Position numbers and translations under genes: made by a program. A stretch of 63,127 nucleotides of DNA, counting the filler, from Collodictyon triciliatum (Eukaryota): assembly GCA_043381765.1 (NCBI GenBank). It is 45 parts of 45 records of this genome, joined end to end, with 100 filler letters (N's around TTAATTAATTAA, not from the genome) between each part and the next. Parts side by side here need not be neighbours in the genome. Positions count along the whole stretch, not along the records: positions 1 to 1,316 come from JBHJMP010011460.1; positions 1,417 to 2,727 come from JBHJMP010011461.1; positions 2,828 to 4,138 come from JBHJMP010011462.1; positions 4,239 to 5,549 come from JBHJMP010011463.1; positions 5,650 to 6,960 come from JBHJMP010011464.1; positions 7,061 to 8,371 come from JBHJMP010011465.1; positions 8,472 to 9,782 come from JBHJMP010011466.1; positions 9,883 to 11,193 come from JBHJMP010011467.1; 37 more parts are not named here. One strand, 5' to 3'. Positions within the stretch are counted from its first letter, which is position 1; each line of letters starts with the position of its first letter. The notes under the pieces are model-generated. The model saw only the letters and a program-made list of their open reading frames with translations. It was not told where the DNA came from and searched no databases. This document shows, piece after piece, positions 1-10,951 of the stretch.

Positions 1-143
1 TCCCTTTTTTTTTCCCTTTATCCCTGTTTTTCTTTTTCTATCTCCCACACATCCCCACCTACTTTGGAACTACTTGCCTGATGGTTGAATGAAAGATTGT
101 TGAGACGGGCTCAACAGCTAAGACTTTTAGAATAAAAAAAAAA
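1..143 (+). mobile_element. 3' end of a dispersed A-tailed element ('element C'), copy 1
   Basis: Matches the reverse complement of ~7664-7810 (cccacacatcc.cacctactttggaactacttgcctgatggttgaatgaaa...gagacgggc.caacagc.aaga.ttttagaataaaaaa). Flanks diverge after the A-tail. Hairpin TGTTGAG-ACGGG-CTCAACA at 98-116. Confidence 0.75.
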
Positions 144-554
144 TCTTGTGCTGTCCCTGTGTTCCCCTTTCCTCGAGAATTTCTTTTGTGTTTTCTTTGT
201 GTTTTCTTTGTGTTTTCTTTGTGTTTTCTTTGTGTTTTCTTTGTGTTTTCTTTGTGTTTTCTTTGTGCTGTCCTTGTGTTGTCTTTTTTGCTGTCTTTGT
301 GCTTTCCTTTGAATTATCCTTGTGTTCTCCTTGTGCAGCTTTGTGCAGCTTTCCATCTCAGTTTTTTGAAGGGGAATTATGGAAAAACTCCGAATGAGAA
401 TTTATGTATATACAGTGCATTATTTATGTATATTTGTGACATTGTTTATGTGCCAAGATCAATATGTGCTACTTTTTGAGTTGTAGCACAGTATAGCTTT
501 ATAATTTCCGTAAATATCAAATCAGTTGCACTGCAAGGGCGCAAAGAGGCTCCA

Positions 555-1316
555 GCTCAATCACAACATAATCACGACATAATTACAACATTTTTTTTCT
601 CAACATAATTACAACATAATCACAACATAATCACAACATAATCACAGCATAATCACAGCATAATCACAGCATAATCACAACATAATCACAACATAATCAC
701 AGCATAATCACAGCATAATCACAGCATAATCACATCATAATCACAACATAATCACATCATAATCACAACATAATCACATCATAATCACAGCATAATCACC
801 ACATAATCACAACATAATCACAACATAATCACCACATAATCACATCATAATCACAGCATAATCACAACATAATCACATCATAATCACAACATAATCACAA
901 CATAATCACAACATAATCACATCATAATCACAACATAATCACAACATAATCACAACATAATCACAACATAGTCACAGCATAATCACCGCATAATCACAAT
1001 GCAATCACAATGCAATCACAACATAATTACAACATAATCACAACATAATCACCGCATAATCACCGCATAATCACAACATAATCACAGCATAATCACATCA
1101 TAATCACATCATAATCACATCATAATCACATCATAATCACATCATAATCACATCATAATCACATCATAATCACATCATAATCACATCATAATCACTCATA
1201 AATACAACATAACCACAACATAAATACAACATAAATACAACATAAATACAACATAAATACAACATAAATACAACATAAATACAACATAAATACAACATAA
1301 ATACAACATAAATACA
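555..1316. repeat. 11-bp minisatellite (CATAATCACAA variants, then CATAAATACAA)
   Basis: Tandem array visible directly, running to the contig end. Confidence 0.95.
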
Positions 1317-1416
1317 NNNNNNNNNNNNNNNNNNNNNNNNNNNNNNNNNNNNNNNNNNNNTTAATTAATTAANNNNNNNNNNNNNNNNNNNNNNNNNNNN
1401 NNNNNNNNNNNNNNNN
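1317..1416. other. Artificial contig linker N44-TTAATTAATTAA-N44 (recurs about every 1.4 kb)
   Basis: Identical 100-nt spacer with a six-frame stop cassette between all contigs. Confidence 0.99.
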
Positions 1417-2727
1417 TTCTTTGATATCAGCCGCACCGTGGCCTCTGTAAATCCTTGCGGTAGGTCGCCACCAGACATGATTCCATTCAGAAAAGCCACT
1501 AAGGATGTCTTGACCTCATTAAAGAAAGCAGAGTATATTCCGTTGGGCAGCCTATCTGGTCCTGGCACCTTTTCGTTGTGCAGCGACTTGACCGCTTTCC
1601 ACAATTCGCCTGCATCTATAGGTGCTATCATGCTGGCTGCTTGCGAGGGTGAAGCCTTAGAGCAGTTTGTGGTGATAAGCTCGAGAGTAGCAGCATCATA
1701 GTCTCGCCTTGACCACATCTTTGAGAAGAAGACGCGGGTGTTCTTTTTGTTGTTGCGAGGTAATAAATGCTGCATGCCCGCAGATGGTGTGTAGTAAGGA
1801 TACATGGTCTTTCCTTTTTCCTTTCCCAGTCCAAAGAACCATCTCTCCATCTGCTCGAAGTCTCGCAAGTATCTCGCTTCCCATTTTTCACGGTATTTGT
1901 GGACATCCAATGTCAGCTGCTCGGCAAGTTTATCTTCTAAGCTCGCCAGTTTTTCTTTTTGGGTGCGTTTCCACCCCGATGGTCTACCGGCTGCTTTCAT
2001 GAGAGCCTCTTTCTCCCTTTCAAGCTTCTTCCGCTCCTCTCCGTCATTATTTTTAAACCAGCTCGATTTTTGGATAAGAAGAATAGAGAGCTGTTTTTTG
2101 AGTATAGGCCATTCCGCCTCGATGGGCGCATCACCTGGGGTGTTGAAGTGGGCTCTGAGCTTGTTTTGTATGTCTTCTATCGACTTGGACTCATTGTATG
2201 CCCTCCAGTCTATATACCTCGCCTGCCATTCACAGCCACCGGCTGAGTCGATGTGAGCCAGGATAGCACTGTGGTCGGACAGCGCAGAATAGATTGTTCT
2301 AAGTTTCTTGAACCACGCATGCAAGTCTCTTGTGCAGAGGAAGTGGTCGATTCTGCTCCACGTGAAGCCGCTTTTTGTATGTCTTCTACACGTTGCTCCT
2401 AGAGAGTGAGGATTGAGCGTCTTCCAGGGTCTTGCAGTTTGTGCCTGATTGTCCAGTCGACAAAAGGTTTGTCATTGCGTGTCGAAGACCCAGACCACTC
2501 GGTGCTGGCATCAATAAGAGCGTTGAAGTCTCCACAGATGATGATACGTTTCGCAGACTCCATCTCCTTAGAGATAAGCTCATACTCGTGTATTCTAGTA
2601 TTTGAACCTGCTGTTTGGAGCGACATGTATGTCGTCATTATACGAGTGTCAGCTCCATCTATTTGGATATCGAGACTTATGCAGCGGCCAGGAATAATCT
2701 CTCTGAAGCGAGGATTGAGTTTGGCTA
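1417..2727 (-). mobile_element. LINE (L1/Tx1-like) family A ORF2 fragment: APE endonuclease, linker, RT N-terminus; frameshifted
   Basis: IICGDFNA, WSRIDHF and LSDH endonuclease motifs, then KVPGPDRLP..FF..GFTEATVRLI. Stop/frameshift near 2390-2400. Confidence 0.92.
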
Positions 2728-3517
2728 NNNNNNNNNNNNNNNNNNNNNNNNNNNNNNNNNNNNNNNNNNNNTTAATTAATTAANNNNNNNNNNNNNNNNN
2801 NNNNNNNNNNNNNNNNNNNNNNNNNNNAAAGAGAGAAAAAAGAGAGAATAAAGAGAGAATAAAGAGAGAAGAAAGAGAGAAAAAAGAGAGAAAAAAGAGA
2901 GAAAAAAGAGAGAAAAAAGAGAGAAAAAAGAGAGAAAAAAGAGAGAAAAAAGAGAGAAAAAAGAGAGAAAAAAGAGAGAAGAAAGAGAGAAGAAAGAGAG
3001 AAGAAAGAGAGAAGAAAGAGAGAAGAAAGAGAGAAGAAAGAGAGAAAAAGAAAGAAGGAAAGAGAGAAAAAGAGAGAGAAAGAAAGAAAGAGAAACAGTT
3101 CAGTATCCCACGAATGAAAAAATGATCGGTAGCTTTTGTACCAAAAAAAAAAAAGGAAGTAGGTCGCAGGCTCTCAAGTCAGGAAGAAGTACAAGTGCCG
3201 TTGGATCTCTGTCGCAACACAGTCACAGAAACCCTTCGCGCCAGACAGGCTGACTCAATGCAAAAGCATAAGAAACATGTCCTTTTCATAGCTGCCGATC
3301 GACTCGACTTTTACGTCGTATTGGTTCACGAAACCGACAAAGATGAGCCAAGCTATGATTTCATCACAACCCGCAGTCGATTTGCTGTTTGTTGCTTATG
3401 TCTTGTGTTTGGTTATATATATGTTGCCTTTTTATTTTATTTTAATTTAATCCAGGAGGGTGGCCACGTGATTTGTTTGTCGTAGCTCTCTGGCATTAGT
3501 TTAAATCTTGACTCTGT

Positions 3518-4138
3518 GCCCGCACCTGTTGGGAAAACACAATCCGCGACACATCGACAACTTTGCAAGTTGCGGCCACTTCTTCCGGTTCCAACGCTGG
3601 TGCGGAATAACTCCAACTCGCACGTAAGTCCAGGGAGAACCGTGCAAGGAAGCCACCTGCGAGTCTCTCTGAGCGGAAAGTATTTTTGCACAGTGTCGAG
3701 CAAGTCGTTTATAACAAGAGCAAGGCCTGCAGGCTCACAGATGCACTCGCCTCCTTCTATAAAGCGAACAAACTTTGGGAAGAGTCCATCCAATTGCACT
3801 TACCTGACAGCGAAGGCCTTTGCCTAATCGCCTTCCGCGCTGCAGAAAACGCCCGAAAGCTTCTGGAGCTAAAGCAGGTAAGTTTGAGAGATATTATGAA
3901 CAATATCAGTAAAAGTAAACCAACAGAGACCTCGGTGATGCTCTACCAACTACAGCCGGACGTGTGGCCGCAACTCCTTCGTGAGGAGCTGAAGCCATTC
4001 AGACCGACCCACGTGGAGATTAAAAAGGACAAATGTTCCTTCACAGACACGGCCGTGGTGAAGCTTCTTTGTCACAAGAACCAGCTCCCTGCAAAGTTTA
4101 CGGTCATGGGCAAAAAGTGTCCAAAGCGCATCCTCAAA
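3518..4138 (+). mobile_element. Probable LINE ORF1 fragment (degenerate)
   Basis: Four homologous copies in the window (RLTDALASF..LWEESIQL.LPDSEGLCLIAFR..TSVMLYQL). One copy abuts ORF2 sequence at 4733; ORF1 assignment is inferred. Confidence 0.7.
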
Positions 4139-4238
4139 NNNNNNNNNNNNNNNNNNNNNNNNNNNNNNNNNNNNNNNNNNNNTTAATTAATTAANNNNNN
4201 NNNNNNNNNNNNNNNNNNNNNNNNNNNNNNNNNNNNNN

Positions 4239-4733
4239 CGCCATGGCCATCGAGAATTGCGGAGAATCAGGCGTAATGGACCGCCTTTGGTTCTTCAGGC
4301 GAAAGAAAAATGGCGACGGTGCTCCGTATGAGATGGGGCGTAGTGAGCACCATTCTCCTTTGTTGTTCAGGACGGCTGTGTTTGGGGTTGCATTCGAGGA
4401 GTGAAATATCGTTGCATTTTTCGAGGCATAACCTCGCTACACTTTGAATCGAATAAAGGAAAAAAAATCGTTGCATTTTTCGACGGTGCGAAGCTCCCAT
4501 CCTTTTGGAATGTGACTTGTTGCAGGATGAAGGAGCTGTTTCCTTCTCTTGACTTGATGATACAGAAGCCTTTTGCTCTATCCCAGCAAAATTGGCCTGT
4601 AACAGCATGTGGTTGGGTAGATTCGTACATTTCACAGTTTTCATACAGAACCTTCCACCGCACTAGTAGCGGTTCGGGCGTGTTTGGCGGAGGTGATGGG
4701 ATTCTGCTCTCACAGAGCCGTGCCTTGAAGTTC
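4239..4733 (-). mobile_element. LINE family A ORF2 fragment downstream of the RT core
   Basis: Near-identical to the reverse complement of ~52459-52893. Confidence 0.88.
4425..4466 (+). mobile_element. 42-bp family A 3'-tail insertion with 17-bp TSD
   Basis: ggcataacctcgctacactttgaatcgaataaagg(a)n flanked by atcgttgcatttttcga at 4408-4424 and 4467-4483. The homologous copy at ~52709-52725 has the empty site. The insert matches the 3' end at ~24812-24852 (-). Confidence 0.92.
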
Positions 4734-5549
4734 CGCGGAAAGCACCATCCTAGATGGGAAGATTAGTGAACATCGACCCGTCGAAAGGCCTCGCAAGTTG
4801 CAGCCAGTTCTTCTGGTTCCAACACTGGTGCGGAGAAACCCCCGAGTTGCACGTAAGTTCAGGAAGACTAGTGCAAGGAAGCCGCCTGCGAGTCTGTCTG
4901 AGCGAAGTATTTTTGTGCACAGGTCAAGCAAGTCGTTTACAACAAGAACAAGGCCCACAGACCCACAGATGTGCTCGCCTCCTTCTTGAAAGCGAACAAA
5001 CTTTGGGAAGAGTCCATCCAACTGCACTTACCGGACAGCGAAGGCCTTTGACTGATTGCCTTCCGCACTGCAGAGAACGTCCGAAAGCTTCTGGAGGTGA
5101 AGCAAGTAAGTTTGAGTGTTATTACGAACAGCTTCAGCAGAAGTAAACCAACAGAGACCTCGGGGATGCTCTACCAACTACCGCTGGACGTGTGGCCGCA
5201 AATGCTTCGTGAGGAGCTGAAGCCGTTCAGACCGACCCGCGTGGACATCAAAAAGGACAAAGGCTTCTTCAAAGACACGGCCGTGGTGAAGCTTCTTTGT
5301 CACAAGAACCAGCTCCCTGCAAAGCTTACGGTCATGGGAAAAAAGTGTCCAAAGCGCATCCTCAAAGAGCGTCCGCCAGCCGCGAGCAACGAACGACAAG
5401 TAAAAGCTCCGCAAAAGAATACACCCGCCAAGCAGACAAGCAGATAACGAGGTCAAGGAAGCCAAGGCCAGGCAACATCAGAGTCCGCAAGACTCACAGC
5501 AGATACGCGCATACAGCGACAGCGACGATGACATGGAAGGAAATCTCGG
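4734..5549 (+). mobile_element. Probable LINE ORF1 fragment (degenerate)
   Basis: Homologous to the copies at 3518, 54214 and 56858. Confidence 0.7.
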
Positions 5550-5649
5550 NNNNNNNNNNNNNNNNNNNNNNNNNNNNNNNNNNNNNNNNNNNNTTAATTA
5601 ATTAANNNNNNNNNNNNNNNNNNNNNNNNNNNNNNNNNNNNNNNNNNNN

Positions 5650-5701
5650 TTTTTTTTTATTCTTCCTTTCAATTTTGTGCAGGATGGTGAAGATGTTGGC
5701 T
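5650..5701 (-). mobile_element. Family B-like LINE 3'-tail insertion
   Basis: Reverse complement reads agccaacatcttcaccatcctgcacaaaattgaaaggaagaataaaa(a)n; truncated by the contig edge. Confidence 0.8.
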
Positions 5702-6409
5702 TTTTTTTTTTTTTTAGATATTGGTAAAAAAATTTTAATTGTTACATAATGAAAGAATATGAAAAGACGTTTTTTTTTTTTAGGATTCGTTATTATCAAC
5801 CTTTTTATCACCAATATCTTGATGTCCGCTTGATAAAATAAATCTGAATAAAATGTTTAAGAGGTGCTCTACTGACGGAACACTACCCTTCGAAATTAGT
5901 AAAATTGATGAACGAGGATGACACAGGACTTGGGCCTGTTATTGATAAGATGAACAAGCCAAAATCATAGCGGAAAGCATGAAAAATATGACCCTATAAA
6001 TTGAAGCGATATTCCCGTAGTTCTCAAAAGAATGTTATTTAGCCATAACTTCATCCATTCGCTTTTATATCTCTATACCCATCCTTTCCGGCCACTCCTG
6101 TTTTTTTCTCTGACCCCGTATAAAAATCGAAATAAAAACGTGATTGAAAAAATGTTTCAGAATGTTTGTAATACCGAGACAGGTATTTATCTCCATAACG
6201 CATGAAATGTTATCAGAAATCACCTGGACTCAAAGTTTTGAGTATGATAGCAGTGGCTATAGCATCTGTGATAAAGGATTGGCAAATTGAGATATGTTTC
6301 GAGAATGTGCTGTTCTATCCTGTAAGAAACCAAAACCACACCGGTGGACAATACTTCATGCGTAAGTAAACAGATTAAGAGGTTGGGGTGCTATAGCCGT
6401 ATGTTATAA

Positions 6410-6960
6410 TATTCACCCTTTGAATTTGCGCATGATGGCGGAGATGTTGGCTTTGGCTCGCCAGCCATCGTTTGCATGGACGCTACTTGGTGGCCGGGTG
6501 GCAGAGAAGTAGTCGGTAATCAGTAATTGCATCCTGCGCTTTGGCCTGTAGCCTGGGTCTTGTGCTTGCATGAGAGATACAAGGCGAGGTTTAATCTCCT
6601 TCTCAGCCTCTTTCCACATGTATCTTCTCACAGGGTCTGAGTAGTAGAGAACGTGCAGGTGGCGAAGAAAGCTGTTGAGGAAGGAGATTTGTATGATGTC
6701 ATCCAGCCTATAATCAGGAATGGGTGGCTGGTTGTTGAGTCTTGCTTTGCGTGAGTATATGCGCGCTATCCACATAGTCCATAGCAAATGGCCTCGCGTC
6801 GCTGCCCAGAATGTTTTTGCATCTGGACGCAGCTGTTGCAGAGGCCCAAATATCGCCTGGATTGGGCCAACAGCCGCAGCCGTCTTGAGTGTCAGTCGAA
6901 GAATCTCACCGGCTGTTTCGCGCAGGTTTTGAGCGAAGGGACATTGCACAAATGTGTGCT
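6410..6960 (-). mobile_element. LINE family B ORF2 C-terminus (end of CCHC zf-RVT region) to stop
   Basis: HTFVQCPFA..IFGP..LLWTMWIAR..SFLNS; homologous to but diverged from family A. Ends ANISAIMRKFKG*. Confidence 0.85.
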
Positions 6961-7663
6961 NNNNNNNNNNNNNNNNNNNNNNNNNNNNNNNNNNNNNNNN
7001 NNNNTTAATTAATTAANNNNNNNNNNNNNNNNNNNNNNNNNNNNNNNNNNNNNNNNNNNNATAAAGATAAAAATAAAGATAAAAATAAAGATAAAAATAA
7101 AGATAAAAATAAAGATAAAAATAAAGATAAAAATAAAGATAAAAATAAAGATAAAGATAAAAATAAAGATAAAATAAATATGAACAAAGCAAAACATCAA
7201 GATAAATGAAGTGAAGCAGGGTCTTGTCTAAATAATCCAGGGTATGTACCATCAATAGGAAAACTTATACTATTGGACATTGCGTAGGAAAAGCCTTTCG
7301 GAAAAAAAAAACCTTTTTGTTTGGACGTGGCAGACGATCGCAACCGCTTGGGGGGTGGTTGGGAATCTTCTTCTGGTCGCGGCTCGATCGGATCCGTGGT
7401 GTCGGAAAATAACGTTTATGTGCAGGCCCTCTGCAAAACGCCCTCATAAAGTACAAAAGAGAAGGTAAGAGATCGTTTGAGTGAATCCATCCTCAAGATG
7501 CACGAGTCCTTTGAGCTTTCTCAAGGTGTGTTTGCATGTTGGAAGCAGGATTCCCTTTGTTTTAGTCTGGGTTTTGATACTACCCACAAAAAGCAGAACA
7601 TATTTGCTGGACATGTGGTATCATACCATTTATGGAAAATACAGATGAATGCTTTTACACCCA

Positions 7664-7844
7664 TTTTTTTATTCTAAAAATCTTGGCTGTTGGGCCCGTC
7701 TCAATAATATTTCATTCAACCATCAGGCAAGTAGTTCCAAAGTAGGTGAGGATGTGTGGGAGATAGAAAAAAAAGAAAAAACAGGGATAAAAATAAAGAA
7801 AAAGGGAAAAAAAAACGATGCAAATATATTTTAGTCTATCCTTT
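7664..7844 (-). mobile_element. Element C, copy 2 (3' part)
   Basis: Homologous to 1-143; ends AATAAAAAAA on the minus strand. Confidence 0.75.
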
Positions 7845-8197
7845 ATATTGTTCCGGTATTTCGAGATTCTTGAAGATGGCCTTTTTTAACTTTCGTAACT
7901 CTGCTTTTTTTTTTTAAATAGGTTCATTAATATTCTCATCTTAAGGAACTGTTTGATTTATAAAGCGCAGTAACCTCTTTACAAAATGTCCCTTAATGTT
8001 ATTATGATAAGCTGTTAACATTTGCTTCGCCAAGTATGGTAATACGTGAGACAGTCTAACCAACGGAAAGCGTTCTTCTCGGGACAAAAGGAATCGAAAA
8101 TCATAGAGATAAAAAGTCATCATGTCATCTCTCATATCTGGTTTTTTTTAAAACTTGCGTGTCTATCTTGTGAAACTATTCCGACTGTCTTTAAAGC

Positions 8198-8200
<3 letters not shown>
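7845..8200 (-). pseudogene. Fanzor1-like (TnpB-related) protein fragment, N-terminal helical region; frameshift and stops
   Basis: Translates YALKTVGIV../..DMMTFYLYDFRFLLSREERFPLVRLSHVLPYLAKQMLTAYHNNIKGHFVKRLLRFINQT. This resembles, from memory, the YCIKTLG..FY..LL..LPYLA.Q..T..HNN...HF....LRFIN block of mimivirus-type Fanzor1 proteins. No RuvC region present. Confidence 0.72.
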
Positions 8201-8235
<35 letters not shown>

Positions 8236-8296
8236 ATAAAAATAAAGAAAAAGGGAAAAAAAAAAAACGATGCAAATATATTTTAGTCTATCCTTT

Positions 8297-8371
8297 CGCT
8301 ATCACTGATTTCTTTCCGGTGCTAGCCTCTCCACGGTAGTGTCTTCTCCTACTCGCGTTTGCTCTCTCCCA
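8297..8371 (+). mobile_element. LINE family A 3'-region fragment (5'-truncated)
   Basis: Matches the reverse complement of ~24878-24952. Confidence 0.85.
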
Positions 8372-9070
8372 NNNNNNNNNNNNNNNNNNNNNNNNNNNNN
8401 NNNNNNNNNNNNNNNTTAATTAATTAANNNNNNNNNNNNNNNNNNNNNNNNNNNNNNNNNNNNNNNNNNNNTGTTTTTGTTTTTGTTTTTGTTTTTGTTT
8501 TTGTTTTTGTTTTTGTTTTTGTTTTTGTTTTTGTTTTTGTTTTTGTTTTTGTTTTTGTTTTTGTTTTTGCAGTGAGGAAGCACGGTGTGTTTGGAGCAGT
8601 TTGGTCACAAAGGACAGACGCGGATATGTGAGGGAAGAATCACGATCGGGCTGCGCCAGGGGCAAGAATTACTGGGCCTGAGAGTCCACGAGTCTGTGGT
8701 TGTGCTTTGTGCGCCTCAGAAGAAGCCTTCCGCGAGGTGATCTGAGAACATTATTGGTGATCGTGAAGGGTTGGTGCGAGTGAATCAGTGTGGGCGTTGC
8801 GTTCTGTGTGGCCTATCAGGGTGGATGGAATCTGGATTCCTTTGTCCCGTATATATATATATATGTATTATAATGTATATATGTATATTTATTTGGTATA
8901 TTAAATTAATTATCAAATTATATACACTTAAACATAAACTAATATTATAATTTCCATAAATATACAGGCTTGTTTCCATCGCAGCGAAAGCGAAGAGCTT
9001 CATCGTTTCAACCAAACACAAACAAAGTTTGCCAAATCACTCGCCGGATAAAAAATCAGGAAGGAAGAAA

Positions 9071-9513
9071 ATGCCTCGCCGAGGAAACCAATCGACTCAC
9101 GATTTTCTGGAGAGTGATGCGCTGCGTGAGGAATCGTCTGCCGTATCTGAGGCGAATGCTGGCAACCTGGAATACTACGCCGTTTTGAATCTGTCGAAAA
9201 ACGTAACTTTTTTTAGTTCATTTCATTTCATTATATTTTATTTATTTATTTTGGAGAATAATTACCAATGCTGCCTTTGTGCTCTTCTTTCACAACAAGG
9301 CGACCGAGGAAGAAATACGTGCTGCTTATCGGAGACTGAGCCTCATCTACCACGAAGACAGGTGACCTTTTTCCTGCTCTCTTCTGTCTTCCTTGGCCTC
9401 TATATTCTTTTTGCTCATCCGCCTACCGAAAAGCGCTTTCTAACTGATTGTTTCATCATCAACTTCACTCTGATTTGATTCATTCAAGACACTCAAGTAC
9501 CCAAGATAAAGAG
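9071..9513 (+). CDS. J-domain protein N-terminus, DNAJC11-like (exons 9071-9202, 9300-9361, 9489-9513)
   Basis: YYAVLNLSKN|ATEEEIRAAYRRLSLIYHEDR|HSSTQDKE with GT-AG introns in consistent phase. Confidence 0.8.
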
Positions 9514-10076
9514 GTTAGCTGTAAATATATTTCCACATCCAACTCATGTCCTAATAAAAAAAAAAAACTCACTAACCTGTGCTATATATAGATGTATTCT
9601 CTTTCATACTTTCCTATGTAATATGTAATATTTTCGTTTCGATTATCATAGTTATACTTCCAATTATGTATGTATGTATGTATGTATGTATGTATGTATG
9701 TATGTATGTATGTATGTATGTATGTATGTATGTATGTATGTATGTATGTATGTATGTATGTATGTATGTATGTATGTATGTANNNNNNNNNNNNNNNNNN
9801 NNNNNNNNNNNNNNNNNNNNNNNNNNTTAATTAATTAANNNNNNNNNNNNNNNNNNNNNNNNNNNNNNNNNNNNNNNNNNNNCATATATATATATATATA
9901 TTTATATGAAAACTGAAAATAAAAAGATATTTAGTATGCAGTATCATAGAGTTGGGACCAATCTATATCTAGTGTTGTTGAATTATAATACAGAATAACA
10001 CTCATATTTTATAGCCACTCTTCTCTCATCAAACTGCTTCCAAATAGCCTTAAAATTTATGGAATTCCTATTGTAG

Positions 10077-10951
10077 CATCGAGAAGCTTCCCACAAAGGC
10101 GCCTGTGTATGGGGCCTTGGTTGGACTTTTGAATGCAAAGAATGTCCAAGTAGTGGACCTCATTATGCAAACCTACCATCAACGGCTTCAGCATGCCTTA
10201 GATGGAAAAGACTATGTCTGCTTGAAACTTTTGGTAAACAATTTTTGTCTGCATTTCATTTTTTCTCANNNNNNNNNNNNNNNNNNNNNNNNNNNNNNNN
10301 NNNNNNNNNNNNNNNNNNNNNNNNNNNNNNNNNNNNNNNNNNNNNNNNNNNNNNNNNNNNNNNNNNNNNNNNNNNNNNNNNNNNNNNNNNNNNNNNNNNN
10401 NNNNNNNNNNNNNNNNNNNAAACTCGTGTCGGCCGAGGTCTGCTTCTAAGGCTCTTTCTGTCTAGAGTCGGGACATACTAGGAGCGCTACAACAACAAGC
10501 ATGACTGACTTTGTGATCAAGCCGCGAATCGGGCACGAGCCAGGTACGTTGTCTGATTTCTGTCTCCGCAAACGTCTCTATTTTCTCTCCTTTTCTTATT
10601 AAAACGTTTTTTCTGTTCGATTTTTTTTTCTAATGAAAATATAATTGAAAAATCTTCCTTGTGACTGCTTCGTGTGTGTCAATGAGGGGGGCCACGAAAC
10701 CGCACAGCCGCCCCTTTCGTTCGTGTATATATTTGATATGTTGTATATATTACGCCATCAACGGCCCCATTTCTACCTTTGACAGAGAGCCAAGAAGAGC
10801 AGAGCTTTCTCCATCGCTTAAAATCAAACGTGGTTCGGCTGGGAGACCAATCTCCTTTGCCTCTGGAGGAAAACCTGGATCAAATCAGCCAAATGATACT
10901 TGAGGAAGGTTCCAATTGCACAGACCAGATTGTGGCTTTTATGTTGGAATG
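10077..10951 (+). CDS. NCBP1: Nuclear cap-binding subunit 1 (CBP80) 5' exons, in permuted order (exon1 10501-10543, exon2 10786-10951, exon3 10077-10233)
   Basis: LKSNVVRLGDQSPLPLEENL..FMLEC|IEKLPTKAPVYGALVGLLNAKN is the characteristic MIF4G N-terminus; splice phases fit. Confidence 0.85.

Noticed and set aside
1361-1372. Regularly spaced TTAATTAATTAA motif and ORFs ending in X..LIN
   Set aside because: Synthetic assembly linker, not biology.
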